DNA of 64,000 nt from an uncultured Actinomycetota bacterium (GCA_963733635.1 CAVTEH010000004.1:259836-323835); one strand, 5' to 3'; shown: positions 40,580 to 53,386, numbered from the stretch's first letter. Made by a program: numbers and translations. The notes: generated by a model from the letters alone, not told the origin.

Positions 40580-41470
40580 GCCCAAGGGCGGCGGACGCCG
40601 GCACCACTGTGCTCTCTGGCCCGGGCGGCGAGGTCCGCATCGGCGACGAGCACCCCTTCTCCATCATCGGCGAGCGGATCAACCCCACCGGACGCGCCAG
40701 GCTCACGCAGGAGCTGACCGCCGGGGACATGACCACGGTGCAGGCCGATGCGCTCGCGCAGGTCCAGGCGGGGGCGGTGGTGCTGGACCTCAACGCCGGC
40801 ATCCCAGGGTTCGACGAGGCCGCGATGCTGTCACAGGTCGTCATGGCGGTGCACGAGGTCGTCGATGTGCCCCTGTGCATCGACTCGTCCACGCCCGAGG
40901 CGCTCGAGGCTGCGGTGCCGCTGGCGAAGGGCAAGGTGCTGATCAATTCCGTCACCGCAGAGGCGCATTCGATAGCACGCGTGCTGCCCTTGGTGAAGAA
41001 GCTCGATGCCGCCGTGATCGGCATGGCCAACGACGAAGAGGGCATCTCGATGGACCCCGGTGAGCGCCTCGCCGCCGCTCGCACGATCGTGGAGGCCGCT
41101 GCCGATCACGGGATCGCGCGCGAGGACGTCATCATCGACCCGCTCACCATGCCGATCGGCGCGGCGGGTAACGCTGCGACCGCCATGTTCGAGACCGTTC
41201 GGCTGATACGAGATCGAGCTCCGCGTCAACGTCAGCTGCGGCGCATCGAACATCTCGTTCGGCATGCCGGACAGGCAGCGGATCGACGCAGCGTTCCTGA
41301 CGATGGCGGCCTTGGCCGGCATGAATGCGGCGATCACGAACCCGCTCCACGCGCCGGTGAGGGCGGCCCTGCTCGCGAGCGACCTGTTGCTTGGACGCGA
41401 CGAGTTCGGTTCGGCGTGGATCGCCGAGCACCGCGCGAAGACCGGCGTCACGGCGCCCACTGGCGGCTAG
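40576..41470 (+). CDS. pterin-binding methyltetrahydrofolate:corrinoid methyltransferase (MtgA/AcsE-like; frameshift near 41220)
   Basis: FSIIGERINPTG...LDLNAG...PLCIDSS...INSV...DPLTMPIG, then NVSCGASNISFGMPDRQRIDAAFLTMAALAGMNAAITNP. Confidence 0.8.
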
Positions 41471-41476
41471 TCGATC

Positions 41477-43429
41477 GTGGCGGGCGGCAAGCTCGAGGTC
41501 CGCTACGAGCCGAGCGGCACCACGGCGCACGTCCCGCCCGGCACCACGTTGTTCAACGCCGCGCACTGGGCCGGCATCCCGATCGAGTCGACCTGCGGCG
41601 GGCGCGGCACCTGCGGCAAGTGCAAGGTACAGGTGCTGGAGGGGCACGCCGAGCGAACGCTGGCCGACTACCGGCACGTCTCGGACGGGCTCGACGAAGG
41701 GTGGCGCCTGTCGTGCCAGTGCGAGGTCGCCGAGGAGATGGTGGTCGACGTGCCGCGCGCGATGACGGTGCCGAAGGCCGCGACGATGGGCGTGGGCCGG
41801 TTCGTGCTGCTGGAACCCAACACATCGAAGTACCTGCTCACGATCGCGGCGCCCACGCTGGAGGATCCGCGGAGCCGCCTGCGACGCGTCACCGACGCCC
41901 TGGAGACCGAAGGGCTGGAGGTGACGCACGCCGGCTGCGTGTTGCCGCGCCTTGCCGTCGCGATCGACGACGAAGACGACTCGATCGTCACCGCCACCGT
42001 GATCGGGGATCGCCTCGTCGACGTCGAGCCGGGCGATACCACCGGGCGGCTCTTCGGGGTCTCGATCGACGTGGGCACCACCACTGTGGTCGCGACCCTC
42101 ATGGACCTTCGGGCAGGTTCCGCGGCAGCCGTGGAATCCTCGATCAACCGCCAGGCTCCGTTCGGCGCGGACGTGCTGACGCGCGTCAGCTACGCACAGA
42201 TGCATCGCGCTCAAGAAGCCGAAGGCGTAGCGCGAGGGGAAGGCGCTCAAGAAGCCGAAGGCGTAGCGCGAGGGGAAGGCCCGGATGCGCTCGAGGAGCT
42301 CCGCGCCGCGATCGTCGCCACGATCGACGGTCTGCTGGGCAGTGTGTGCGCGACCGCGGGGGTCGACCGCGACGCGATCCTGGAGGTCGTCGCCGCGGGC
42401 AACGCCACCATGCTGCACCTGCTGCTCGGCGTCGATCCCGAGTCGATCGGTCGTGCGCCGTTCACCGCGACGTTCCTGGAGCCTCAGGATCTGCGCGCCG
42501 CGGACGCGGGCATCGCAGATCCATCCGGAAGGGCCGGCTCGTGCTGTTCCCGTCGATCGGCGCGTACGTCGGCGCGGACATCGTGGCCGACATCGTGGCG
42601 ACCGGTATCCCGAGGGAACCGATCACGAGGCTCCTGGTCGACGTCGGTACGAACGGCGAGATCGTGGTGGGCAACGAAGACCGCGTGGTGACGACCGCGG
42701 CTCCGGCGGGTCCAGCGTTCGAAGGCGGCCAGATCCTGCACGGCATGCGCGCCACCGAGGGAGCCATCGAGGGCGTGGTGTTCGACGTCGCCGCGGCGGA
42801 CGTTCGACTCCAAGTGATCGGCGGCGACGTCAACCCTCGCGGCATCTGTGGCAGCGGCCTCATCGACATCGTGGCGCAGCTCCGGCTGACCGGGCTCCTG
42901 GGGGACAGCGGCATGCTCCTCTCGCCCGACGAGGCTGTCGAACGCGGCCACCCGTTCGCCGATCGCCTCCACGTTGACGACGAGGGCGTGCGCAGGTTCG
43001 CATTGACCCAAGACGTGGTCATCACCCAGCGCGACATCCGAGAGCTGCAGCAGGCCAAAGGCGCCATCGCCACCGGCATCGGGGCCGCGATGCGCGAACG
43101 CGGCCTCGCCTATTCCGACCTCGATGAAGTACTCCTCGCTGGGTCGTTCGGCACCTACGTCGACCCGCTCGGCGCTCGCGTACTGGGCTTGGTGCCGCCA
43201 GTGGCCGTCGACAGGATCCGGGCCGTCGGCAACACCGCGAGCGAAGGCGCGAAGATGGCGCTGCTGTCGTTCCGTGAACGTCAGGTAGCGTTCGAGCTGC
43301 CGGCGTTCGTCGAATACTTGGAGCTGTCGGGCGTGGAAGATTTCAACGAGCGGTTCATCGCCAACGTCGGCGTTCCCGCCGCTCGAGCTGGTGAAGCCCG
43401 GTGCCGTCGTGGGAGACCAGGCCTCATGA
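41477..43429 (+). CDS. corrinoid reductive activase (RACo type: 2Fe-2S ferredoxin + ASKHA ATPase; frame changes near 42515 and 43365)
   Basis: ESTCGGRGTCGKCKV...WRLSCQ; SIDVGTTTVVATLMDL; VAAGNATMLHLLLG; LVDVGTNGEIVVG...APAGPAFEGG...GICGSGLID...GSFGTYVD. Confidence 0.75.
42208..42279 (+). repeat. perfect tandem duplication, 2 x 36 bp, in frame inside the RACo gene
   Basis: cgctcaagaagccgaaggcgtagcgcgaggggaagg occurs twice (42208-42243 and 42244-42279). It encodes AQEAEGVARGEG twice as an insertion after the YAQMH position. Confidence 0.9.
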
Positions 43430-43484
43430 CGTCGACGGGCGCCGGGCCGAAGCACCGGCCGAGGAACCGACCAAGAACCGGCCG

Positions 43485-44088
43485 ATGAACCGAGTGGCGT
43501 TCATCGCGTGCGGCGCGGTGGCGATCGACACGAAGACCCTGATCGATCAACACGGGTGGGACGCCGACGTGCACGGCATCTCTTCGGACCTGCACATGAC
43601 GCCGCACGAGATCGCCCCGGCCGTCGAAGCCAAGCTCCAACTGCTGCTGCCCAAGTACGACCGCGTGATCGTGGTCTATGGCGACTGCGGCACCGGTGGG
43701 CGCCTGGACGAGGTGCTGGCCCGTTACCCCGCGGCGCGCCCGGCGGGCTTCCACTGTTTCCAGTGGTATGCGGGAGAGTTGTACCAGCGCTTCGAGGATG
43801 ACATCGGCATCTACTTCCTCACCGACTGGCTCGTGAACAACTGGGAGCGAGCGGTGATCAAGGGCCTGGGCATCGACCGGTTCCCGTTCACGAAGGACGC
43901 CTATTTCGGCAACATCACTCGCATCCTGTTCGTGCGGCAACACCCCGATCCCGAACGCGAGGCGAAGGCTCGCGAGATCGCGGAGTGGATGGGCAAGCCA
44001 CTGGAGATCCACGACCTGGGGATCGGCCCCCTCGACGACCTGCTGACCCCGCTCATGGAAAGAAGCGCTCAAGCAGCCGAAGGCGTAG
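43485..44088 (+). CDS. DUF1638 domain protein (no in-frame stop as assembled; reads through into the mttB-like gene)
   Basis: VAFIACGAVA...VIVVYGDCGTGG...YFLTDWLVNNWE. The expected end is near the TAG at 44086-44088, which is out of frame in this assembly. Confidence 0.6.
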
Positions 44089-44091
44089 CGC
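44066..44091 (+). repeat. third copy of the 26-nt core of the RACo tandem repeat
   Basis: cgctcaagCagccgaaggcgtagcgc matches the first 26 nt of the 36-bp unit at 25 of 26 positions. It lies at the DUF1638/mttB junction just before RBS ggagga. Confidence 0.8.
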
Positions 44092-44108
44092 ATTGGAGGA
44101 AGCCGACG

Positions 44109-45567
44109 ATGTTCGAGCATGACGCCACGCTGAAGGTCCTGTCGCCCGCGCAGGAGGAGATCATCCACCAGCAGGCGATGCGGATCCTGGAAGAGATCGG
44201 TACCGACGTCCTGCACGACGAGGCTCGCAAGCTGCTGTCCGAGGCCGGCATGAAGGTCGAGGACGATCGCGTGTATTGGGACCGCGCCTTCGTCATGGAA
44301 CAGGTCGCGAAGGCGCCGTCGTCATTCCGGCTGCAGGCGCGCAACCTCGATCGTTCCCTGACGATCGGAGGGGCGGACGGAGTACCGGCGTGGATGAACG
44401 TGGGTGGCCCGCCGTTCGCCTCGCGACCTCGACGAGGGTCGACGAAGCGGCCGCATGGAAGACCACGACCGTTTCATGAAGCTCACCCAGGCCACCGACG
44501 TCCTCAACTGCGTGCAGATCGGCGCCGCCGAGGCCACCGACCTGCAGATGGAAACGCGCCACATGGACATGGAGTACTCGGCGATCCGCTACTCGGACAA
44601 GCCGTACACCACGTACGGCACGAGCGGCCCGCGTGCGCGCGACGGCATCCGCATGGCCGAGATCGTGCACGGCGGGCGCGAGGCTATCGAGGAAACGCCG
44701 GCGCTCATGGGCATCGTGAATCCCAATTCACCGCTGATCTGGGACTTCCGAATGACCGACGCGCTGCTGGCGTGGGCGGAGGCGAAGCAGCCCATCGTGG
44801 TGACGCCGTTCCTGCTGGCGGGGGCGACGAGCGCGGTGAGCGTGAGCGGCGGGCTCGCGCAGCAGGTGGCCGAGGCGCTCAGCGGGGTCGCCCTCGCCCA
44901 GCTGGTGCGCGAGGGCGTGCCGTGCCTCTACGGGTCGTTCTTCACGGTCACCGATATGCGCACGGGATCACCCGCGTTCGGCACGCCGGAGTCGGTGCTT
45001 GGCGTCCTGGCCGGCTCGCAGCTCGCGCGCCGCTACGGACTTCCGTTCCGCGGGGGTGGAGGGCTGGCGTCGTCCCCGTCGGTCGACGCCCAGGCGGCCG
45101 CGGAGTCGCAGATGATGCTGTGGGCCACCAATCTCGCGTCGACCGACGTCGTGCTGCACGCAGCCGGATGGCTCGAGGGCGGCCTGTGCGCCTCGTTCGA
45201 GAAGTTCGCGCTCGACATCGAGCTGTTGCGCCAGTTCCAGATCCAGGCCGCCGGGATCGGGTTCACGGAGGAGGCGCTTGCCTTCGACGCCCTGAAGGAA
45301 GTCGGACCCGGCGGACTGTTCCTCTCTTCGCCGCACACGCGGGAGCATTTCAAGGAGTGGCTCTACATGAGCCCGTTGTTCATGACGCCCGACTTCGCGA
45401 CGTGGGAGATGGCCGGTTCACAGACCACCGAGGTCGCCGCCAACAAGGCGTGGAAGGCACTCCTGGAGACCTACGAGGACCCCGGACTGGATCCGGCCAT
45501 CGACGAGGAGCTCCAGGCGTACATGGCGAGCCGCCGCGACGCCGCCGACCTCTTCGTGGAGGACTAG
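44109..45567 (+). CDS. MttB-superfamily (trimethylamine methyltransferase family) non-pyrrolysine methyltransferase (frameshift near 44410)
   Basis: LSPAQEEIIHQQAMRILEEIGTDVLHDEA...; NPNSPLIWDFRMTDALLAWAEAKQPIVVTPFLLAGATSAVS; GGLFLSSPHT. No in-frame TAG. RBS ggagga 8 nt before the ATG. Confidence 0.8.
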
Positions 45568-45583
45568 TCTTTTCCAGACTAGT
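45563..45583 (+). terminator. stem-loop overlapping the mttB-like stop codon
   Basis: actagtct-tttcc-agactagt gives an 8-bp stem. AT-richer than the surroundings. Confidence 0.4.
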
Positions 45584-45669
45584 GCCTCGCCACTCCAAGC
45601 TTGCAGGGGGCAGGGATCCGGGCGACGATAGGTCATTCAGAGAGAGGGGGAGCTCTGACGTTTGACCCG

Positions 45670-46405
45670 ATGAGACCGCTTGGCCTCGGGAACCTGCACG
45701 GGAGCGCTCTGGGACCGCGAGGGATCTCTAAGCGCATCGACGCATTGAGCAGCCTCACGCCGCTGTCGGGGGAGCGGTTGCTCGATGTCGGCTGCGCTTC
45801 CGGCGAGTACACGGAGCAGCTCGCCCAGGGTTTCACGACCACCCATGGCATCGACATCGAACCCGAACGTCTTGGGATCTTCGGTAAGCGGTTGGCCGAT
45901 CATGGGATCGGCCATCGGATCTCCATCGCTGAGATGTCCGCGGAGGACATGTCGTTCGCCGACGAGACCTTCGATGTCGTCACCGCGATCGAGGTCTTCG
46001 AGCACATCGTTCGGCTCGACGTCGCGCTCGACGAGATCCACCGTGTGCTGCGACCCGGCGGTCGCTTGCTGATCACCGGACCGAATCGGTTCTTCCCGTT
46101 CGAGACCCACGGGGTCATCTTCCGAGGCAAGCGTTACCCGCCGACCCGTGCACCCTTCCTGCCGTGGATCCCTCCGTTGCATCGAAGGATGGCCGGCGCT
46201 CGAAGTTTCACGATCACCTCGCTCCGAAAGCTGATCCAGCCGCACGGGTTCCGATGCGTGGGATGGTCGCGTCTGATGCCGCCGTTCGACCGGTCACGGT
46301 TCGGCAAGCGGATCAGGCGAGCCACCGACCGGCTCGAGACGAACACCACTGGGTGTGTTCGGGATCACCGTGGTCATGGTCTTCGAGCGAAGGACCGCCG
46401 CGTAG
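45670..46405 (+). CDS. class I SAM-dependent methyltransferase (frameshift near 46340)
   Basis: LLDVGCASGEYT...DVVTAIEVFEH...LRPGGRLLITGPN. C-terminus TPLGVFGITVVMVFERRTAA* is in another frame. Confidence 0.7.
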
Positions 46406-46422
46406 GAGGCAGCGGTCGACGG

Positions 46423-46991
46423 TTAGTCCGTCCTTCGGTCGTGGCGGAAGCAGTGCGCGACGTGATCGTTCACCATGCCGGTCGCCTGCATGAACGCGTA
46501 GCACACCGTGGGTCCCACGAACCGGAACCCCCGGCGCTTCATGGTCCGTGACATCGCGCGGGACCGATCGGTCTCGGAAGGGATCTGGTCCGACCCGGCG
46601 CCAGCGGTTCACGATCGGTTGACCGCCGACGAACGTCCACAGGTATGCGTCGAGCGAACCTTCGCTGCGCTGCACCTCGAGCACGCGCTCGCGCGTTCGC
46701 GACCGTCGACTCAACCTTCAGCCGGTTGCGCACGATCGCCGGGTCCTGCAAGCAGCCGCTCGATCTTCGCGGGTGTGAACCGCGCGACCTTCGCCGGCTC
46801 GAACCCCGCGAACGCCCGTCGATAGCCCTCGCGCTTGTGCAGGATCGTGGCCCAGCTCAGTCCCGCTTGCGCACCTTCGAGCGTGAGCATCTCGAACAGG
46901 TGGACGTCGTCGTGCGACGGCACGCCCCATTCCTCGTCGTGATACGCCAGGTACGCAGGGTCATCGAGCGAGCCCACGCGCAGCGATCCAC
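46423..46991 (-). CDS. tag: DNA-3-methyladenine glycosylase I (at least 3 frame changes)
   Basis: VDRCAWA..DDPAYLAYHDEEWGVPSHDDVHLFEMLTLEGAQAGLSWATILHKRE...IVRNRLK...GSLDAYLW...FVGPTVCYAFMQATGMVNDH, spread over three frames. Confidence 0.75.
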
Positions 46992-46994
46992 GGC

Positions 46995-48150
46995 TCAGGC
47001 GCCGGCGGCGATCTGCGCCAGCACCTCGTCGACCCGCGCCAGGCCCTTCAGCGTGTGCTCGATGTCGTAGCCGAACCCGAACCGGATGCCCTTCTTCAGG
47101 CCGAACATCTCGCCGGGCACCAGCGAGCACGCTCTGTTCCGTGCGGATCCGTTCGGCTGAGCCGCGGGTCTTGCCCGGCAGTCCGACCTTGGCGTAGGTG
47201 ATCGCTCCTGCGGCGGGCCGTGCCCAGTCGAAGCACGTCGGCGTGGCTCCGCATCCACGGCTCCAGGTGCGGGTAGTTGGCGCGGATGATGGCACGCGTG
47301 CGCGCCAGGATCGACTCGCGGACGTCGGGGATCATCGCGAGCGCGGCCAGGCGGTCCGACGACGATGTTGGGGGTGAGGGTCGTGTAGTCGTGGCGTTCC
47401 CAGATGCGTTCGATCACCTCCGGCGGCGCCACGGCCCATCCGACCCGCAGGCCCGGCATCGCGAACGCCTTCGACAGCCCACTGGTGATCACCACCCGCT
47501 CGGAGCGACCCCAGAAGGACGAGCGTGGTGGCGTCGCTTCCAGCTCGGCGCCGCGGTAGATCTCGTCCGCCACGATCCACGCGCCGCGGCGCTCGGCGAC
47601 CCGGACGATGGCGTCCATCTCGTCTTCGCTCAGCACCGAGCCGGTGGGGTTGTTGGGGTTGCACACCATGATGACCTTCGTGCGTTTGCCCACGGCTCGG
47701 TCGAGCTCCTCCAGGTCCAGCGCCCATCGACCGTCGTGCAGCTTCAGCCGGAACCGGTCGGTGCCCGCGCCGAACGCCCGTCCAAGCCCCGAGCCCTGCA
47801 TGTAGTTGGGGACCATGAAGGCGAGGCGGTCCCCGGCTCCCAGCAGCGCGAACAGCGACAGGAAGTTGGCCTCGGACCCGCCGTTGACCATGGTGACCTG
47901 CTCGGCGGTCGCACCCGGGTACCACTCGGCGATCGCGGCTCGGGTCTCGTCCGAGCCCTCCGACAGCGGGTAGCCGAGCGTCGTGTACAGGAACGCCTTC
48001 GCCGTCGGCCGCCGGCCCGAGCAGCTCCCGGATCGTCATGGGCAGGACGCCGGATTCGGACAGGTCGTACTCGACCTGATGCCAGTACAGGGATTGGTAG
48101 CGCTCCATCGCGAACAGGTCGAGGTCCACGGGTTCCTCCTGGGTGGTCAC
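46995..48150 (-). CDS. class I/II PLP-dependent aminotransferase (several frame changes)
   Basis: YQSLYWHQVEYDLSESGV...; VNGGSEANFL...VCNPNNPTG...SGLSKAFAMPGLRVGW...; C-terminus PGEMFGLKKGIRFGFG. Confidence 0.7.
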
Positions 48151-48213
48151 GGCCGGGTCATCGCGAACCTAGCACCGATGACGCTGACCTCGCGCGCGCT
48201 AGGCTCCTTCGCC

Positions 48214-49183
48214 ATGACATCGGTGCGGATCCTCGACGCGGGCGACGTGCGCGATGCGCTCGACATGGCCTCCTGCATCGACGCGTGCGAGCGTGCGTTC
48301 GCGCCGTATTCGGCGGGCGATGCCGAGCTGCCGGGCGTGATCCATCTGGATGTGCCGGAGTCCGGTGGCGAGATCCACGTGAAGGCCGGTCATCTGCACG
48401 GCGAGCCGTTCTACGCGGTGAAGGTGGCGAGCGGGTTCGCTCGCGCGGAGCGGGCTCGGCCATCGATGGCCTGGTGGCGGTGTTCGACGCACGCGACGGC
48501 TCGACGGCGGCGTTGCTGCTGGACGGTGGGTACATCACCGATCTGCGCACGGGCGCTGCCGGCGGCGTCGCCGCGCGACATCTGGCGCCCGAGCGCGTCG
48601 AGCGGGTCGCGATGATCGGGACCGGCGCGCAGGCCCGGATGCAGCTCGATGCGCTCGAGGTCGTGCGACCGGGCTTCACCGACATCCGGATCTGGGGCAG
48701 GAACGCCGAGCACGCTCGGGCGTGCGTCGAGGACATGGCGGAGCGGTTCGCCGACGCCGTACGTCCGCGCGGCTTTCACGGTGGACGACGCGATCGAGGA
48801 CGCGCAGGTCGTCATCACGTGCACCGCGGCGCGCGAGGCCGCTGGTCGGTGCGGACCGGCTCGCAGCCGGCGCTCACGTCACCGCGCTCGGCTCCGACGG
48901 CGCCGGCAAACAAGAGCTGGACCCGGAGATCCTCCGCCGCGCAGACGTGCTGGTGGCCGATTCGCGCGATCAATGCGCATCGTTGGGCGAGCTGCAGCAT
49001 GCACCCGACCAGCGTGATCGAGCGGTGGAGCTGGGCGAGATCTGCGCAGGCACGGTGCCCGGTCGCACCGACCCGGCTCAGCTCACGGTCTGCGATCTCA
49101 CCGGCGTCGGTGTGCAGGACGTGGCGGCGGCGAACGTGGTCATGGCGCGCGCCGGCGACAGCGGCCGCGTGATCGACCTATGA
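48214..49183 (+). CDS. ornithine cyclodeaminase / mu-crystallin family protein (several frame changes)
   Basis: ITDLRTGAAGGVAARHLA...VAMIGTGAQARMQL...VITCTAA...GAHVTALGSDGAGKQELD...DLTGVGVQDVAAA. The alternative start is ATG 48178. Confidence 0.7.
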
Positions 49184-49199
49184 CCGGCTGCGAGCCGGG

Positions 49200-49982
49200 C
49201 TAGTCCGAGCTCGAGTCCGAGAGCCTAGCCACGATCTGCTCGTGCAACACCCCGTTGGTGGACAGCACGCTTCCACCGTCGCGCGTCGGGGACCCGTCGA
49301 ACTGCGTCATGCGGCCTCCGGCCTCCTCGACCACGACCTGGACGGCTGCGTAGTCCCAGATGTTCAGCTGGGGTTCGATCATCGCCTCACCGGCCCCGCG
49401 TGCTACCAACGCGTGGCCCCAGAAGTCCCCGAACCCGCGGCTGCGGGCCGCATCGGCGAGCAAGCGGAGGGCGCGAGGTCCCACGTCGCCGCCCTGGCGC
49501 AGCCAGGCTCCATCCCGGCGAAGAACACCTGGGAATCGCCGATCGCATCGATCCGGCTCACCTCGATCGAGTGGCCGTTCAAACGGGCGCCTCTGCCGCG
49601 CAGGGCCTCGTAGCGCTCGCCCAGCGCGGGAGCGCTCACGATGCCCAGCACCAGCTCGCCGGCCACCTGCAGCGCGATCAGCGTGGCCCATACGGGGATC
49701 CCACGGGCGTAGTTCGCGGTAGCGTCGATGGGGTCCACGATCCACACCCTGTCGGCAGCGTCGGACGAGCCGCCCTCTTCCTCGCCCAGCACGTGATCGT
49801 CGGGGAACGCGGCCGCGACCTGCTGACGCACCATGGTCTCGATCTCGGTGTCCGCCTGCGTCACGACCGTGCGGTCTGCCTTGTGGCGCACCAGCAGTCC
49901 CTCGCCCAGGAACAGTCCCATGCCGATCTCCGCAGCCCGGTCGGCCAACCCGGTCGCGAACGCCAGCTCGTGTTCGATACAT
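49200..49982 (-). CDS. inositol monophosphatase family protein (HisN-like; frame changes)
   Basis: TQADTEIE...LGEEEG...WIVDPIDATANY...; C-terminus WDYAAVQVVVEEAGG. Confidence 0.7.
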   Translation of the reverse strand: MYRTRAGVRDRVGRPGCGDRHGTVPGRGTAGAPQGRPHGRDAGGHRDRDHGASAGRGRVPRRSRAGRGRGRLVRRCRQGVDRGPHRRYRELRPWDPRMGHADRAAGGRRAGAGHRERSRAGRALRGPARQRRPFERPLDRGEPDRCDRRFPGVLRRDGAWLRQGGDVGPRALRLLADAARSRGFGDFWGHALVARGAGEAMIEPQLNIWDYAAVQVVVEEAGGRMTQFDGSPTRDGGSVLSTNGVLHEQIVARLSDSSSD

Positions 49983-50061
49983 GCACCGCAGCCTACCCGG
50001 GGCGAGTGTGCGTCCGGCGATCGAGCCCGGGTATCGGATCTCGGGTAGCCTTGATGGACCC

Positions 50062-51378
50062 ATGCAGACCACCATCGAGAACACCGACAAGCACACCGTC
50101 AAGCTCACGGTCGAGGTCGAAGCCGACGAGTACGCCAAGGAGATGGACAAGACCTATCGGTCTATCTCCAATCAGGTGAAGATCCCCGGTTTCCGCAAGG
50201 GCAAGGTCCCGAAGAAGATCATCGACGCCCAGATCGGCCGGGACGCCGTGCGGGACGAGTTCCTGCTGGCAGCCGTGCCCGGGTACTACCGGCAAGCGGT
50301 GACCGAGCACGACCTGGCGCCCATCACCGATCCCGACATCGACCTGGACGAGTTCGCCGACGACGCGCCCCTGAAGTTCACTGCGGTGGTGGAGGTTCGC
50401 CCGCGGTTGGACTTCACCGAAGACGACTACACCGGTCTGAAGATCGAACGGCCCTCCACCCGGGTGGCCGAGTCCGACATCGACGCTTGGGTCGAGAGGC
50501 TTCGCGAACGGTTCGCCGAGCTCGAGCCGGCCGAGCGGCCGGTCCAGAACGGAGACTTCGTCACGATCGACCTCAAGGCCACCGGCCCGCTGGGCCAGGA
50601 GATCGACGGGCTCAGCCGCACGGACTATCTCTACTTCGTCGGCTCGGGCGAGTTCGGTCCCGCGCTCGACGCCGAGATGCCCGGCATGAAGGCCGGCGGG
50701 ATCCTCAAGGTCACCGAGGAGATGGGCCAGGGAGCCGGCGAAGGGCTCTCCGGTCAGGCGGCCGAGATGACCGTGCTGGTCAAAGACGTGAAGGCGCGGG
50801 TGTTGCCTGCGATCGACGACGACCTAGCCAAGACCGCCAGCGAGTTCGACACGATCGCCGAGCTCCGAGACGACCTGCGAACCCGGCTCCAGGAGATGAA
50901 GGAACGGGAATCAGCGGCCGAGCTGCGGGATCGCGCGCTGCAGGCGCTGATCGATTCGGTGGTCGTCGATCTGCCTGGATCCCTCGTGGACGAGGAGACC
51001 GAGCACCGCATCAACCATGCGAAAGAACGCGCCGAGCAGAACGGCCTCACCATCGAGCAGGTCCTGGAAGCTGAAGGCTGGGACGAGGCCAGGTTGCGCC
51101 AGGATTCGCGTGATCACGCCGTGCGGGCCATCACGTCCGATCTGGTGCTCGAGGGCGTCGCTCGCGCCGCCGACATCCAGGTGGATGCCGATGAGCTGAG
51201 CAAGGAGATCGGTGTGCTGGCCCAAGCATACGAACGAGACCCCAAGGAGCTGGCCACCCAGCTCGACCGAACCGGTCAGATCGTGACGCTGGCCGGGGAT
51301 ATCATCAGGGGCAAGGCCCTCGACCTGTTGGTCGAGCGAGCCGATATCAGCGACAACGACAGCGACGACGACGACTGA
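50062..51378 (+). CDS. tig: trigger factor
   Basis: Intact [19 protein letters not shown] (ribosome-binding signature) and an acidic tail. Confidence 0.9.
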   Translation: MQTTIENTDKHTVKLTVEVEADEYAKEMDKTYRSISNQVKIPGFRKGKVPKKIIDAQIGRDAVRDEFLLAAVPGYYRQAVTEHDLAPITDPDIDLDEFADDAPLKFTAVVEVRPRLDFTEDDYTGLKIERPSTRVAESDIDAWVERLRERFAELEPAERPVQNGDFVTIDLKATGPLGQEIDGLSRTDYLYFVGSGEFGPALDAEMPGMKAGGILKVTEEMGQGAGEGLSGQAAEMTVLVKDVKARVLPAIDDDLAKTASEFDTIAELRDDLRTRLQEMKERESAAELRDRALQALIDSVVVDLPGSLVDEETEHRINHAKERAEQNGLTIEQVLEAEGWDEARLRQDSRDHAVRAITSDLVLEGVARAADIQVDADELSKEIGVLAQAYERDPKELATQLDRTGQIVTLAGDIIRGKALDLLVERADISDNDSDDDD

Positions 51379-51392
51379 ACAGGAGAGCGACG

Positions 51393-52040
51393 ATGGATGA
51401 CATGCACGACGCCCGGGCCGCCTACGTGCCCTACGTCATCGAACAGACCAGCCGAGGCGAGCGCGTCTCCGACATCTACTCGAGGCTGCTCAAGGAGCGC
51501 ATCGTGTTCCTGGGCACTCCCATCGACGACAACGTCGGCAACGTGATCATGGCCCAGCTGCTGCACCTGGAGTCGGAGGACCCCGACAAGGACATCAGCC
51601 TGTACATCAACTCCCCCGGCGGGGTGATCACGTCGCTGTTCGCGATCTACGACACGATGCAGTACATCAAGCCCGACGTTTCGACGATCGTCATGGGCCA
51701 GGCTGCCAGCGCCGCGGCGGTGCTGTTGCTGGCCGGTGCACCCGGCAAGCGGTTCGCGCTGCCACACGCACGCGTGCTGCTGCACCAGCCTCACGGCGGC
51801 GCCGAGGGCCAGGCCGTCGACATCGAGATCCAAGCTAAGGAGATCACCCGATCTCGCCACCTGTTGGAGCGCATCATCGCCCAGCACACCGGGCAGGAAT
51901 TGGAGAAGGTCGCCAAGGACACCGACCGCGACTTCATCCTCACGGCGGAGGAAGCGAAGGAGTACGGTGCCGTCGACGAGATCATCACGGCTCGTGGGAT
52001 CCAGGCGGAGCTTGCTTCCGCTGGGGTCGCCGGGGCGTGA
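51393..52040 (+). CDS. clpP: ATP-dependent Clp protease proteolytic subunit
   Basis: Intact ORF: [15 protein letters not shown]...INSPGG...[11 protein letters not shown]...LLHQP. Confidence 0.9.
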   Translation: MDDMHDARAAYVPYVIEQTSRGERVSDIYSRLLKERIVFLGTPIDDNVGNVIMAQLLHLESEDPDKDISLYINSPGGVITSLFAIYDTMQYIKPDVSTIVMGQAASAAAVLLLAGAPGKRFALPHARVLLHQPHGGAEGQAVDIEIQAKEITRSRHLLERIIAQHTGQELEKVAKDTDRDFILTAEEAKEYGAVDEIITARGIQAELASAGVAGA

Positions 52041-52115
52041 TAATGCTGACCCAACGGAGGCCGGGGCTCGCCCCCAGGCTCCGCGAACACCTCGTCGGAG
52101 AGAGAAGGCAGGCAC

Positions 52116-53386
<1,271 letters not shown>

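Noticed and set aside
39868-43488. 1206-aa ORF suggesting a giant corrinoid-protein/methyltransferase/activase fusion
   Set aside because: The translation is protein-like only in segments. The intervening stretches are Arg/Gly/Pro-rich out-of-frame readthrough. Three separate genes with their own starts and stops (40579, 41470) are recovered once frames are switched.
44109-45567. In-frame amber (TAG) codon indicating pyrrolysine in the MttB homolog
   Set aside because: No in-frame TAG is present in either frame segment that encodes the protein. The nearby TAGs (44086, and the stop at 45565) are outside the coding frame or terminal.
43401-45665. 754-aa ORF suggesting a DUF1638-MttB fusion protein
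   Set aside because: Only the first ~330 aa are in a sensible frame. An RBS plus ATG at 44109 marks an independent mttB start, and the rest of MttB is in ORF 44404-45567. A true fusion cannot be excluded, but a missed stop near 44086 is more likely given the indel load.
48146-48189. Fourth operator for the TetR regulon (GGTCA-N5-GGTCA ... TGAC-N2-TGACC between the aminotransferase and OCD genes)
   Set aside because: Only 5-nt half sites match, the spacing differs from the 6-1-6 sites, and the first half site overlaps the aminotransferase start codon. This is too weak to call.
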